From: an uncultured delta proteobacterium
GTDB lineage: Bacteria > Myxococcota > UBA727 > VGSZ01
NCBI GenBank assembly: GCA_963775425.1
Contig: CAVZJB010000018.1
Coordinates: 64,001 to 128,000, forward strand
Reading direction: 5' to 3'
Length of the DNA stretch: 64,000 nucleotides
Below the pieces are notes generated by a model, which was not told where the DNA came from, ran no database searches, and worked only from the letters and a program-made list of their open reading frames with translations. This document shows, one piece after another, positions 20,903 through 30,166 of the stretch; the stretch's first letter is position 1; each line of letters begins with the position of its first letter. The position numbers and the translations under genes were made by a program.

Positions 20903-21186
20903 AGGCGTTGATCCTCGCGCTGTTGTTCGCGCTGTCGCTGCCGGTGGCGGCGCTCGAGCCGGTCCCCGTCGACCTCAACCGGGCGACGGTGCAGCAGCTC
21001 GAGAACCTGCCCGGCATCGGTCCCAAGAAAGCCGAAGCGATCGTGGAGCTGCGCCGAAAGAAGCCGTTCACCCGCGTCACCCAGCTCCTGCTGGTGCGGG
21101 GGATCGGAAGGAGGACTCTCGATCGTCTCCGGCCCTACGTGAAGGTGGCGCCGGCGAAGCCGCCGGCGGCGCACCCTTCGCGTTGA
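20899..21186 (+). CDS. comEA: ComEA-family helix-hairpin-helix DNA-binding protein
   Basis: Signal peptide; VDLNRAT..QL..LPGIGPKKA..IV and VRGIG HhH motifs. Confidence 0.85.
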   Translation: MKALILALLFALSLPVAALEPVPVDLNRATVQQLENLPGIGPKKAEAIVELRRKKPFTRVTQLLLVRGIGRRTLDRLRPYVKVAPAKPPAAHPSR

Positions 21187-21211
21187 CCTTCGGGCCCGCT
21201 AGACGGCGTGC

Positions 21212-21649
21212 ATGAGAAGCGTCGTGCAGCGGGTCTCGAAAGCGCGGGTGGTCGTCGAGGGGGAGGAGGTCGGCGGCATCGGAGCCGGCCTCCTCGCCCT
21301 CGTCGGCGTCATGGACGGCGACGGTGACGACGACGTCGCGTGGCTCGCGCACAAGCTCCGGACGCTCCGGGTCTTCCCGGACGGGGCCGGCAAGATGAAC
21401 CTCTCCGTCGGCGACGCAGGCGGCGGCTTGCTGGTGGTGTCGCAGTTCACCCTGGCCGCCGACGTCGGGAAGGGCGCGCGGCCCTCGTTCGTGGGCGCGA
21501 TGCACCCCGACCAGGCCCGGCCGCTCTTCGACAGGCTGCTCGGCGCGCTCGGCGAAGGCGTGGCCACCGGCCGCTTCGGGGCGCACATGGACGTGGAGCT
21601 GGTGAACGACGGCCCCGTGACCCTCTGGCTCGACTCGGGGCGGCGATGA
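21212..21649 (+). CDS. dtd: D-aminoacyl-tRNA deacylase
   Basis: [13 protein letters not shown] and [16 protein letters not shown]. Confidence 0.96.
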   Translation: MRSVVQRVSKARVVVEGEEVGGIGAGLLALVGVMDGDGDDDVAWLAHKLRTLRVFPDGAGKMNLSVGDAGGGLLVVSQFTLAADVGKGARPSFVGAMHPDQARPLFDRLLGALGEGVATGRFGAHMDVELVNDGPVTLWLDSGRR

Positions 21650-22230
21650 GCTTCCGGGGTGTCCTGAGCGACGCGGGTCTGGCGGCGCCGCTCGTGGAGG
21701 CGTGCGCGGTCCACTTCGCGTTGCTCCTGCGGTGGAACCGGACCCATAACCTCACGCGCATCACCGACCCGGACGAGGCGGCTCGCAGGCACTACCTCGA
21801 CTGCCTCGTCCCGTTGCTCGCCTGGGACGCGCCCGCGTCCTTCGCTGACGTCGGCGCGGGCGCCGGCTTCCCCGGGCTGCTGGCGGCACTGGCGTGGCCT
21901 GCGGCCGCGGCGACTCTGGTGGAGCCGGCGGCCAAGCGGGCGTCCTTCCTCCGGCTCGCCGCGACGGAGATGGGCGTGGCGGTCGAGGTGCGGCCGCCTG
22001 GCGCGGGGGACTTTGCCCGGGTCCTGTCGCGCGCGACATTTCCTCCGGGAGAGCGGCAGGGCCTGGAGGCGTACGCGGCGGCGCGGGCGTCCGTCGCGGT
22101 GTGGGGTCACGCCGCCGACCTCGCCGCCTGGCGCGCGGAGCTCTCGGGGTGGAGCCGCGCGTGGACCGCCGGTCTGCGCGATTACCAGGTCCCCGGCCTC
22201 GAGCCCCGCGCCCTGCTCGTGGCGGGTTGA
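21646..22230 (+). CDS. rsmG: 16S rRNA m7G527 methyltransferase (GidB)
   Basis: [26 protein letters not shown] and SRA; usual position upstream of parA. Confidence 0.9.
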   Translation: MSFRGVLSDAGLAAPLVEACAVHFALLLRWNRTHNLTRITDPDEAARRHYLDCLVPLLAWDAPASFADVGAGAGFPGLLAALAWPAAAATLVEPAAKRASFLRLAATEMGVAVEVRPPGAGDFARVLSRATFPPGERQGLEAYAAARASVAVWGHAADLAAWRAELSGWSRAWTAGLRDYQVPGLEPRALLVAG

Positions 22231-22249
22231 CGGGCGGTCCCCGGGAAGT

Positions 22250-22309
22250 CGGGCAGGTCACGCCCCGGCACAGGGGCGCTCGAGGTCCGCGGGCGCCGGT
22301 CACGCGCGG
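22250..22309 (+). repeat. ~60-bp direct repeat, copy 1 (partial copy at 23419-23448, full copy at 23463-23521)
   Basis: CGGGCAGGTCACGCCCCGGCACAGGGGCGCTCGAGGTCCGCGGGCGCCGGTCACGCGCGG; the 23463 copy differs by one G. Confidence 0.9.
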
Positions 22310-22375
22310 CGAGCTTGTCGCGGCGGCGGCCGTGAGCGCGGCGCGCGGTGTGGGGTGCGTCCGAGGTGGCGCCCT

Positions 22376-22453
22376 GGGCTTGCCCGCCCTCGGCTGCTCG
22401 CGGCTCCAGGCGGCCGAAGCGGGCGCCCCGGGCTTGCCCGCCCTCGGCTGCTC
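22376..22453 (+). repeat. Two copies of GGGCTTGCCCGCCCTCGGCTGCTC; the second abuts the IS110 left end
   Basis: Copies at 22376-22399 and 22430-22453. Confidence 0.85.
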
Positions 22454-22489
22454 ATTGGACAACCTCTACGCCGCGGTGACGGGTTGAGC

Positions 22490-22680
22490 GATCTTCCCGG
22501 CGCCGTCTCCCGGGCTTCGTCGGGGAGGGCCGCGCTCGCTTGCCGGTGAACGGCCCCTGTGAGACCCGCCCCCTCGACGAAGCCGGGAGCCTTGAAGCGG
22601 CTACAGGACGTTGCGCCCGACGATGTTTGCTGACGACGACGGAGCGCCTGTCAATGAGCAACCGATCAAGGCTCCCAGCC
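22490..22680 (+). ncRNA. Candidate IS110 bridge RNA (target-binding and donor-binding loops)
   Basis: Stems 22513-22522/22575-22584 (10 bp) and 22585-22595/22666-22676 (11 bp); 22652-22660 is the reverse complement of the putative IS end at 22449-22457; ends approximate. Confidence 0.6.
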
Positions 22681-22712
22681 CGGGGGACGGTACCGCAACA
22701 AGGAGGTCCGTC

Positions 22713-23390
22713 GTGTCGTACTTTGCAGGTTTGGATTGGGCGGCGAACGAACACGCCGTCTGCGTCATCGACGACAAGGGCAGCGTCGTGCTCCGCCTCG
22801 TCGTCAAGCACACCGAGGAGGGTCTCACCGGCGCTGTGGCGAAGCTCCGTAGGTTCACTGAGGAAGCGCCGCTGCGCATCGCCATCGAGCGGCCGACGGG
22901 GCTCGTCGTCGACACGCTGGTCGATGCGGGATTCCACGTCGTGCCGATTCACCCGAACGTCGTGAAAGCGACGCGTCCGCGCTACTCGAGCGTTGGCGCC
23001 AAGAGCGACCCCGGCGACAGCTACCTGCTGGCAGACTTGCTGCGCACCGATGGGCATCGCTTCAAGACGCTCACGCCGCTCGGAGACGAGACGAAGGCGC
23101 TGCGTGCCCTCGTTCGCGCACGCGGCGACCTCGTTGCCGAGCGGGTTGCACTGGCGAACCAGCTGCGCGCGCTCGTTGAGAGCTTCTGGGCCGGCGCCGC
23201 GTGCATCTTCCGCGACATCGACTCGCCCATCGCGCTGGCGTTCCTCGGGAGGTACCCGACACCGCAGCACGCCGAGCGCGTCGGCGAGAAGCGGCTCGAA
23301 GCGTTCCTGGCGCGCAACCACTACTCCGGTCGCAGGGACGTCGCCGAGCTCCTGGGCCGCTTGCGAGGTGCGCCCAGCGGCATGACAGCC
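22713..23390 (+). mobile_element. IS110-family DEDD recombinase, 3'-truncated
   Basis: AGGAGG RBS, GTG 22713; AGLDW, IAIE and KSDPGDS DEDD motifs; resemblance ends near 23390 at repeats, so the C-terminal Tnp domain is absent. Confidence 0.88.
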
Positions 23391-23690
23391 GCTTGGGCTT
23401 CCTGGGATGACGGACCCCCGGGCAGGTCACGCCCCGGCACAGGGGCGCGGGCCCTGGGATCCCGGGCAGGTCACGCCCCGGCACAGGGCGCTCGAGGTCC
23501 GCGGGCGCCGGTCACGCGCGGGCAGATGCAGGGGCAGGCGCGCGGCCACCACGTTCACCCCGCGAGGCGCGACCCTGCGAGCGAGCGGAGCTCCATCACG
23601 TGGTGAAGGCCACCCACCACGTGGCAGCGGCCGACCGGCTTTCGTGTGCCACGGGCAACGCGCGCTGTGCGCAGCAAGGAAGATGGGGTG

Positions 23691-23706
23691 GTTTTCACGT
23701 GGAACA
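23691..23706. promoter_or_regulatory. parS: parS centromere site
   Basis: Reverse complement TGTTCCACGTGAAAAC, 14/16 to TGTTNCACGTGAAACA. Confidence 0.8.
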
Positions 23707-23801
23707 TTCGAGACGAACGCAAAAAAATCGAGTGAAAACAGCGGATTAAAATGCCGACGCCGCGGGTGGTACGAGGTCGGCCCTCGCTCGCGTCGCTGGG
23801 G

Positions 23802-23817
23802 TGTTCCACGTGAAACC
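23802..23817. promoter_or_regulatory. parS: parS centromere site
   Basis: TGTTCCACGTGAAACC, 15/16 to consensus, 130 nt upstream of parA. Confidence 0.9.
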
Positions 23818-23945
23818 CTCGCCCCACGCGCCCCGCCACGTGGCAGCCGTCTCCACTTTGGGCTGGACGTCGATCCCGGCCGAGCGTACAAGGAGCGCCC
23901 CGGCAGCAACAGAAGCTCGAATCGCGGGCAAATCGCGGAGGTCCC

Positions 23946-24734
23946 ATGGGTCGCGTGGTCGCCATCGTCAACCAGAAGGGAGGCGTCGGGAAGACCACGA
24001 CGTCCGTGAACCTCGCCGCGTCCCTCGCCGCGCAAGGCCAGCGCGCCCTCCTCATCGATATGGACCCGCAGGGCAACGCCTGCAGCGGCCTCGGCGTCTT
24101 CGCGACCCCCGAAGAGCAGACGCTCTATCATGTCCTCCTCGGGCACGCGTCCCTCGACGACGTCATTCGCCCCACCGATGTCGCCGGGCTCTCCCTCGCC
24201 CCCTCCAACACCCAGCTCGTCGGCGCCGAGATCGAGCTGGTCAGCGAGCTGGCCCGGGAGACCCGCTTGAAGCGGGCCCTCGCCAAGGTGCAGGGCTCCT
24301 TTGACGTCGTCCTCCTCGACTGCCCGCCCTCCTTGAACCTCCTCACCGTCAACGCGCTTACCGCCGCCGACGCGGTCCTCATCCCGCTCCAGTGCGAGTA
24401 CTACGCGCTCGAGGGTCTCTCGCACCTCCTCAAGACCATCGAGCTCGTGAAGGGCTCCCTCAACGAGCGGCTCGCCCTCGACGGCATCCTGCTCACCATG
24501 TTCGACGCGCGGAACAACCTCAGCCACCAGGTCATCGAGGAGGTGCGGCAGCACTTCCCTGGCCAGGTCTGCGACACCATCATCCCCCGGAACGTCCGCC
24601 TCTCGGAGGCGCCGAGCCACGGCAAGCCGGGCTTGCTCTACGACGTCGCCTCCCGTGGGGTGCAGGCGTACATCGCGCTCGCCGAGGAGCTCCTGAAGCG
24701 CTGGAAGCTCGAGAAGCCGGCCCGCGCCGCGTGA
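23946..24734 (+). CDS. parA: Chromosome partitioning ATPase ParA/Soj
   Basis: NQKGGVGKTT, DMDPQGN, DCPPSL, PLQCEYYALEG and IPRNVRLSEAPS. Confidence 0.97.
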   Translation: MGRVVAIVNQKGGVGKTTTSVNLAASLAAQGQRALLIDMDPQGNACSGLGVFATPEEQTLYHVLLGHASLDDVIRPTDVAGLSLAPSNTQLVGAEIELVSELARETRLKRALAKVQGSFDVVLLDCPPSLNLLTVNALTAADAVLIPLQCEYYALEGLSHLLKTIELVKGSLNERLALDGILLTMFDARNNLSHQVIEEVRQHFPGQVCDTIIPRNVRLSEAPSHGKPGLLYDVASRGVQAYIALAEELLKRWKLEKPARAA

Positions 24735-24753
24735 CCGGATGAGGAGACGAACG

Positions 24754-25608
24754 ATGGACAACGCCATGCTCGACAAGCGCCGCGGACTGGGACGAGGTCT
24801 CTCCGCGCTGATTCCGCCCAAGCCCGCCGAGGTCGTCGGCGGCCCCACCAAGGGCACGCCCACGCTCCCGATCGAGCAGATTCTTCCGGGAGATGGCCAG
24901 CCGCGGCAGCGCTTCGACGACCACCGCCTCGAGGAGCTGTCGGAGTCCATCAAGGCCCACGGCGTCATCCAGCCCATCGTCGTGCGCAAGCGCGGGGCGC
25001 AGTATGAAATCATCGCCGGCGAGCGCCGGTGGCGGGCGGCCCAGCGCGCCGGGCTCACCCACATCCCGGCGGTGGTGTCGGACGCGGCCGAACAGGACAC
25101 GCTCACGCTCGCGCTCGTCGAGAACCTCCAGCGCGAGGACCTGAATCCCATCGAAGAGGCCGAGGCGTTTCACCGGCTCCACGAGGAGCTCGGCTACAGC
25201 CAGCAGGAGATCGCCGAGGCCGTCGGCAAGGACCGCACGACCGTCGCGAACTCGCTGCGCCTCTTGAAGCTGCCCGCCGCGGTCCGCGGCCAGGTGCTCG
25301 GGGGCGAGCTGACCATGGGGCACGCGCGCGCGCTGCTCGCGCTCGACGACGCCGCCGAGATGGAGAAGCTCGGCCGCGAGGTCGTCGCCAAGAAGTGGAG
25401 CGTCCGCCAGACCGAGCGGGCCACGCAGCCGCCGCAGCCGAAGAAGCAAGGCCGCGAGAGCGAGGCCGAGCGGGACGTCCGGCAGCGCCTGCAGCGCGCC
25501 CTGGGCACCCGCGTGGACCTCAAGCACACGGCCGGCAAGGGCACCCTCTCGGTGCACTTCGCGAGCTTCGCCGAGCTCGAGTCGCTGATGGAGCGCTTCG
25601 GGGCCTGA
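24754..25608 (+). CDS. parB: Chromosome partitioning protein ParB/Spo0J
   Basis: GLGRGLSALI, IIAGERRWRA, ENLQREDL and the HTH segment GKDRTTVANSLRLL. Confidence 0.97.
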   Translation: MDNAMLDKRRGLGRGLSALIPPKPAEVVGGPTKGTPTLPIEQILPGDGQPRQRFDDHRLEELSESIKAHGVIQPIVVRKRGAQYEIIAGERRWRAAQRAGLTHIPAVVSDAAEQDTLTLALVENLQREDLNPIEEAEAFHRLHEELGYSQQEIAEAVGKDRTTVANSLRLLKLPAAVRGQVLGGELTMGHARALLALDDAAEMEKLGREVVAKKWSVRQTERATQPPQPKKQGRESEAERDVRQRLQRALGTRVDLKHTAGKGTLSVHFASFAELESLMERFGA

Positions 25609-25839
25609 TCAAGCTCGGCCGCTCGCTCCGGTCGCGCGGCCGCTTCCTCCGGTCGCTCTCACGCGCGGCCGCCCCCTCAGCTCCCTCCGGTCGCTGATCG
25701 AGATCGGGCTTGTGTGAGGTGAGGCAGATGGCGTACACGAGCGCGGCTCGTCTCGCCGATCGTCGACGTCGCCGAGCCCAACACGTTCGCGCCGGCGGCC
25801 CCACGCGGCCGCCCCTTTCGGAGGATCGCCGTGGCCTTG

Positions 25840-26292
25840 ATGCGCAAAGAGGACGTCACCGCTCAAGCGGCCGCCATCGCCGTGGGGCAGACCCACACGA
25901 TTCTCGGCCCGGAGGCCGCGTTCGACGGCAAGCTCACGTTCCAGGGCGCCGTCCGGATCGACGGCAAGTTCTCCGGCGAGATCGTCACCGACGACGTCCT
26001 CGTCGTGGGCGAGAGCGCCGAGGTCACCGCGACCATCCGCGTGGGCTCGTTGATCCTGAACGGGCTCCTGCGCGGCAACGTCCACGCGAAGAAGGCGGTC
26101 GAGCTCCACGCGCCCGCCCGCCTCTACGGCGACATCGAGTGCCCGCAGCTCGTCATCCACTCCGGCGTCACCTTCGAGGGCCACTGCAAGATGGAGAACA
26201 TCGGGCGGTCCGAGAAGGGTCCCGAGATCTTGAAGGCCGTGCCGCCGCCCGCCGACGCCGCGAAGGCCGCGAACCCGCCCGCCAAGACCTGA
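25840..26292 (+). CDS. Bactofilin (polymer-forming cytoskeletal protein), BacM-like position after parB
   Basis: TILG...FDGKLTF.G.VRIDG.FSGEI...G.TFEGHCKM beta-helix pattern. Confidence 0.9.
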   Translation: MRKEDVTAQAAAIAVGQTHTILGPEAAFDGKLTFQGAVRIDGKFSGEIVTDDVLVVGESAEVTATIRVGSLILNGLLRGNVHAKKAVELHAPARLYGDIECPQLVIHSGVTFEGHCKMENIGRSEKGPEILKAVPPPADAAKAANPPAKT

Positions 26293-26356
26293 CGCAGGCG
26301 ACGGGCCCGCGCGGCCGGCGGCCCGCCTCAGGCCCGCCAGGCCAAAACCGAAATCG

Positions 26357-27565
26357 TCACAGGTGGTCCGCGGCCCAGCGGAGCCAGCCGTCGGCGTCGC
26401 CGTCCGGCTCCTGCTCGGCGGCGGCGGACCAGGCCGCGGGGCTCAGGGCGAAGAGCTCGTCGTGGGCGTCCCGGAGGGAGAGCGCCCACGCGGGGGCGCG
26501 GACGAGCGCCAGGGCGCGGGCTTCGGGTGACTCCGGGGTCCATGGCGGGGCCGCGAGCGTCGCGGTCAACGCCGCGCCCGGGTCGCCGCCGAGGGCGGGG
26601 GCCAGGGCGTCGCGGGCGCCGTCGAGGTCGTCGAGCAAGGCCGCCGCGGCCAGCGCACGGGCGCGGAGCAGGCCCGCGGCGACGGCGACGCGCGCCGCGC
26701 GCTCCGCCGTCGCCCGCCCGACCCCGCAGGCGCGGCGCGCCGGGGCCGCAGCGAGCCCCAGGGCCATCGCGAGGCCGGCGGTCTCCGCGCCGCGCAGGCC
26801 GCGCCCCGCGGCGAGCGCAACGGCGCCTGCCTCGAGCGTGCGCATGTGGCGGTCGAAGCGCGCGATGCGCGGCGGCTCGAGGAAGGTCGCGGCGTCGCCG
26901 TCGTCGACGGCGGCGCCGGCCATGGCCCGCGGCCCGCGCAGCCGGGTGACCTTGCGGCACGGCCGCGCGGCGTCGCGGGCCGCGCGCAGGAGCGCCAGCG
27001 TGGAACCCTCGGCGAAGGTCCCTTCGGCGTCGGGGAGATCGAGGGCGCGGGCCAGGGCAGGGGGATCCTCGGGGGCCTCGCCGCCGAGCGTGCCGAGCGC
27101 GCCGCGGGCGGCGTCACGAAGGGCCACGGTGTCGGCGAGGAACGCCTCGAGGACGCGCCGCCCCTCGCCCTCGGCGCCGATTCGATAGGTGGTAAACTGA
27201 TGAAATGAGGACCAGGCGTCGTCGACGCTCGCGCGCAGCGGCTTGTGCGCGCGCCGCTCCTCCTTGCGCTCCAGCAGGCGCTCGGCGTCGTCGAGGCTCA
27301 GGCGCGACCCGTCCGCGAGGATGACGGGCGCGCCCTCGGCGGCGAGCGCGGCCTCGACCCTCCCCGGCAGCGCCGCGAGCGCCGGGCCCAGGGCCAGGGC
27401 GACGGCGGCGTCGGCGTCGCCGCCGGCGGCGCGGGCGGCGAGCTCCTCTTCGGCGGCCCGGTCGAGCGCTGTCGCGGGGGCGGGCGCGCCGCGCAGCACC
27501 GCGAGCACCGTGCGGGCCCACTCGCGGTGGGCGGAGTCGGCGACGCCGGGCTCGCGCGAAGCCAC
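26357..27565 (-). CDS. Hypothetical Ala-rich helical protein
   Basis: Follows the kinase by 3 nt; plausible codon usage; no motif. Confidence 0.5.
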   Translation of the reverse strand: MASREPGVADSAHREWARTVLAVLRGAPAPATALDRAAEEELAARAAGGDADAAVALALGPALAALPGRVEAALAAEGAPVILADGSRLSLDDAERLLERKEERRAHKPLRASVDDAWSSFHQFTTYRIGAEGEGRRVLEAFLADTVALRDAARGALGTLGGEAPEDPPALARALDLPDAEGTFAEGSTLALLRAARDAARPCRKVTRLRGPRAMAGAAVDDGDAATFLEPPRIARFDRHMRTLEAGAVALAAGRGLRGAETAGLAMALGLAAAPARRACGVGRATAERAARVAVAAGLLRARALAAAALLDDLDGARDALAPALGGDPGAALTATLAAPPWTPESPEARALALVRAPAWALSLRDAHDELFALSPAAWSAAAEQEPDGDADGWLRWAADHL

Positions 27566-27568
27566 CCT

Positions 27569-29917
27569 TCAGGTCCCGAAGAAGAGGCGCTGGTGCTCGA
27601 GAACGCGGTTGCGCATCTCCGCGGTGCGCGAGGCGATGGTGTCGTCGAGCAACTGTTTCAACTGCGGCTGCCGCTCGAGGATGTCGAGGAGCTCGCGGCG
27701 GTCGATCTTGAAGAGGCTCACCTCGCCCATGGCCCGCACGCTCACCGTGCGCGGCGTCCCCTTCAGCGCGGCGATCTCTCCGAAGAACTGCCCCTGGCCG
27801 AGCTTGTTGATGAAGATCGGCGTGCCCTTCTGGTCTTGCCGGAACACCTCCACCTCGCCGCGCTTGATGAAGTAGAGGTGGTCGTTGAGGGTGCCCTCTT
27901 CGACGACGAGCTGCTCGTCTGCGTAGTCGACGAGCACGCTGCGCTCGAGCAGCGCGCGCCGGTCGTGCGCCTCGAGCAACGAGAACACCGGGCTCTTGGC
28001 CATCATCAGCTCGACGACGCGCTCCTTGTAGAACTGCAGGAGCGGCTCGGTGAAGTGCGGGTCCGCCCGGCACAGCTCGTCGACGGCGCCGCGGTCGATC
28101 TCGAGGAGCAGCGAGTCCGTGATCGCCTCCACCGTGGCGCTGCGCGGGCGCTCGGCGAGGAAGCTGAACTCGCCGAAGAAGTCGCCGTCGGCGAGGCCGG
28201 CCAGATAGACGCGGCTGTTGCGCTCATGGCTGTTCTTCAGCTTGGCGATGGCCGCCTCGACGCTGGTCGCGCCGTCGAAGTCTTCGTCGACGGTGTGGGC
28301 GTTGATGTCGCTCTCCGTGCCCGGGCGGCAGTACACCACGAGCCGCCCGCGGCCGACCGCGAACAGGGAATCGCCGGCGTCACCCTCGCGGATGACCACC
28401 TCGCCGGGGCGCACCCGACGCACGCGCAGGGCGTTGGCCACGCGCGCGAGCTCGAGCGGGCCGAGGGAGCCGAACAGCGGCGTGGCCATCGCGGGAAAAG
28501 GCGCGACCTCGGCGTCGGAGCCGAGGCCCTCGGGGTCGGCGCGCTGCACGATGCGCCAGAAGTCGTGGCGGTCGAACGTCTGCAGGAGCTCGAGCAGCTC
28601 CGCGCGGTTGCCGGCGGAGAGGTCGCCGAGCGCGATGAGGTCGATGCGCACCTCGGCGGCGGTGAGGAGCCGCCGCGCGCCGTCGTACGCGCACAGCGCC
28701 TGCACCAGCAGCCCCCGGTGCGCGAAGATGGCGGCGGCCGTGCGAGACGCGCTCACGGCGTGCGCCTCGAGGTCGAGCTCCTGGTAGCGCTCGCCGATGG
28801 CGACGAGCGTCCACAGATCGGGCTCGGCGTGCAGCTCCTCGAGCAGCCGGTTGAGCTGCTTGTCGTCGGGGGCCTCGATGGCGACGCGATCGGTCTCCCC
28901 GCTGTTGGCGCGCACCGCGTTTCGCGACGGGCGCATGCGGGCGGTGTCGTCGTCCCAGGCGAGCTGCGCGAGGGTGCCGGCGAGGTCGGCCTCGGCGAAG
29001 GCGTGGGAGCCGGCCCCTGCGCGGGCGTTGGGGGCGCGCACGGGGTGGTCGCGCAGCCACGCGCCGAGCTCGTCGGCCATGGCGTGGGCCGAGCTGTAGC
29101 GCGCGCCCGGATCGCGCTGCAGCGCCGTCATCACGATGCGATCGAGCGTGGGCGGCACCGACGGCGTCTTCTTCGACGGCGGCGGGATGACGTCGTGCAC
29201 CACGCGCTGGATGGTGGCGAGCGGCGTCTCGTCGGCGAACAGGCGCTCGCCCGAGAGCATCTCGTGGAGGATGACGCCGAGCGCCCACACGTCGGTGGCG
29301 TAGCTGACGGGCTTGCCCGTGGCCTGCTCCGGGGCCATGTACGCGGCCTTGCCGAGCACCGTCCCCGGGGAGGTGAGCGTGAGCTTGTGGCGCGCGGCGG
29401 CGATGCCGAAGTCGGTGAGCTTCACCTGCCCCGTCGACGACAGCAGCACGTTTTGCGGGGAGACGTCGCGGTGCACGATGCCGAGCGGGCGCCCGTTGTG
29501 GTCCCGCAGCGTGTGCGCGTGGTGCGCGCCGTTGCACATCTCCCGGACGATGAACGCCGACACGGTGTGGTCGACGCCCTGGGCGCGCTGCAGGTGCGAG
29601 CGCATGAGCGCAGCGAGGTCGGTGCCGTCGACGTACTCGATGGCCATGTAATAGACGCCTTCGTGCTGCCCGAAGTCGTAGAGCTTCACGATGTTTCTGT
29701 GATCGAGGCCGATGGTGATGCGGGCCTCGTCGATGAACATCGACACGAAGGTGAGGTCGCGGGAGTACTGGGGCAGGATCCGCTTGATGACGCAGGTGCG
29801 GTTGACGCCGCCGAAGTTCAGCGAGCGCGCCAACAAGATCTCCGCCATGCCGCCGATGGCGATGCGCTCGAGGATCTCGTAGCGCCCGAAGACCTCGTTG
29901 TGCTCGCCGTCCGGCAC
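27569..29917 (-). CDS. Hanks-type Ser/Thr kinase with two C-terminal cyclic-nucleotide-binding domains
   Basis: IGGMAEI, VIK, HRDVSPQN, DFG and YMAPE; two GE...PR(S/T) cNMP cassettes (FFGEFSFL..RPRSAT, FFGEIAAL..TPRTVS); probable GTG start at 29917. Confidence 0.9.
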   Translation of the reverse strand: MPDGEHNEVFGRYEILERIAIGGMAEILLARSLNFGGVNRTCVIKRILPQYSRDLTFVSMFIDEARITIGLDHRNIVKLYDFGQHEGVYYMAIEYVDGTDLAALMRSHLQRAQGVDHTVSAFIVREMCNGAHHAHTLRDHNGRPLGIVHRDVSPQNVLLSSTGQVKLTDFGIAAARHKLTLTSPGTVLGKAAYMAPEQATGKPVSYATDVWALGVILHEMLSGERLFADETPLATIQRVVHDVIPPPSKKTPSVPPTLDRIVMTALQRDPGARYSSAHAMADELGAWLRDHPVRAPNARAGAGSHAFAEADLAGTLAQLAWDDDTARMRPSRNAVRANSGETDRVAIEAPDDKQLNRLLEELHAEPDLWTLVAIGERYQELDLEAHAVSASRTAAAIFAHRGLLVQALCAYDGARRLLTAAEVRIDLIALGDLSAGNRAELLELLQTFDRHDFWRIVQRADPEGLGSDAEVAPFPAMATPLFGSLGPLELARVANALRVRRVRPGEVVIREGDAGDSLFAVGRGRLVVYCRPGTESDINAHTVDEDFDGATSVEAAIAKLKNSHERNSRVYLAGLADGDFFGEFSFLAERPRSATVEAITDSLLLEIDRGAVDELCRADPHFTEPLLQFYKERVVELMMAKSPVFSLLEAHDRRALLERSVLVDYADEQLVVEEGTLNDHLYFIKRGEVEVFRQDQKGTPIFINKLGQGQFFGEIAALKGTPRTVSVRAMGEVSLFKIDRRELLDILERQPQLKQLLDDTIASRTAEMRNRVLEHQRLFFGT

Positions 29918-30166
29918 ACCACCCCCGCTCCCGCGAACTGTAGCGCACGCCTGCTTCACTGGCACGAATGCTGCCCAAAGCGGCCGCGGGGCACGCACCG
30001 GAAACACCGCGACCGACTTTCACGGGGTTGCGAGGTTTTCCACAGCTTTCCCCCGCAGCCGCCGGCCACGCACGCACATCGACGTCGACACGCGCGCGGA
30101 TCGACGTCGACAAAGGGTTGATCCCGAACGCTGAGACGATCCAGGGTGCCCTTCCCGAGGAGCCCC

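Noticed and set aside
22250-23521. Direct repeats as a CRISPR array
   Set aside because: Few copies, irregular spacing, no unique equal-length spacers, no cas genes
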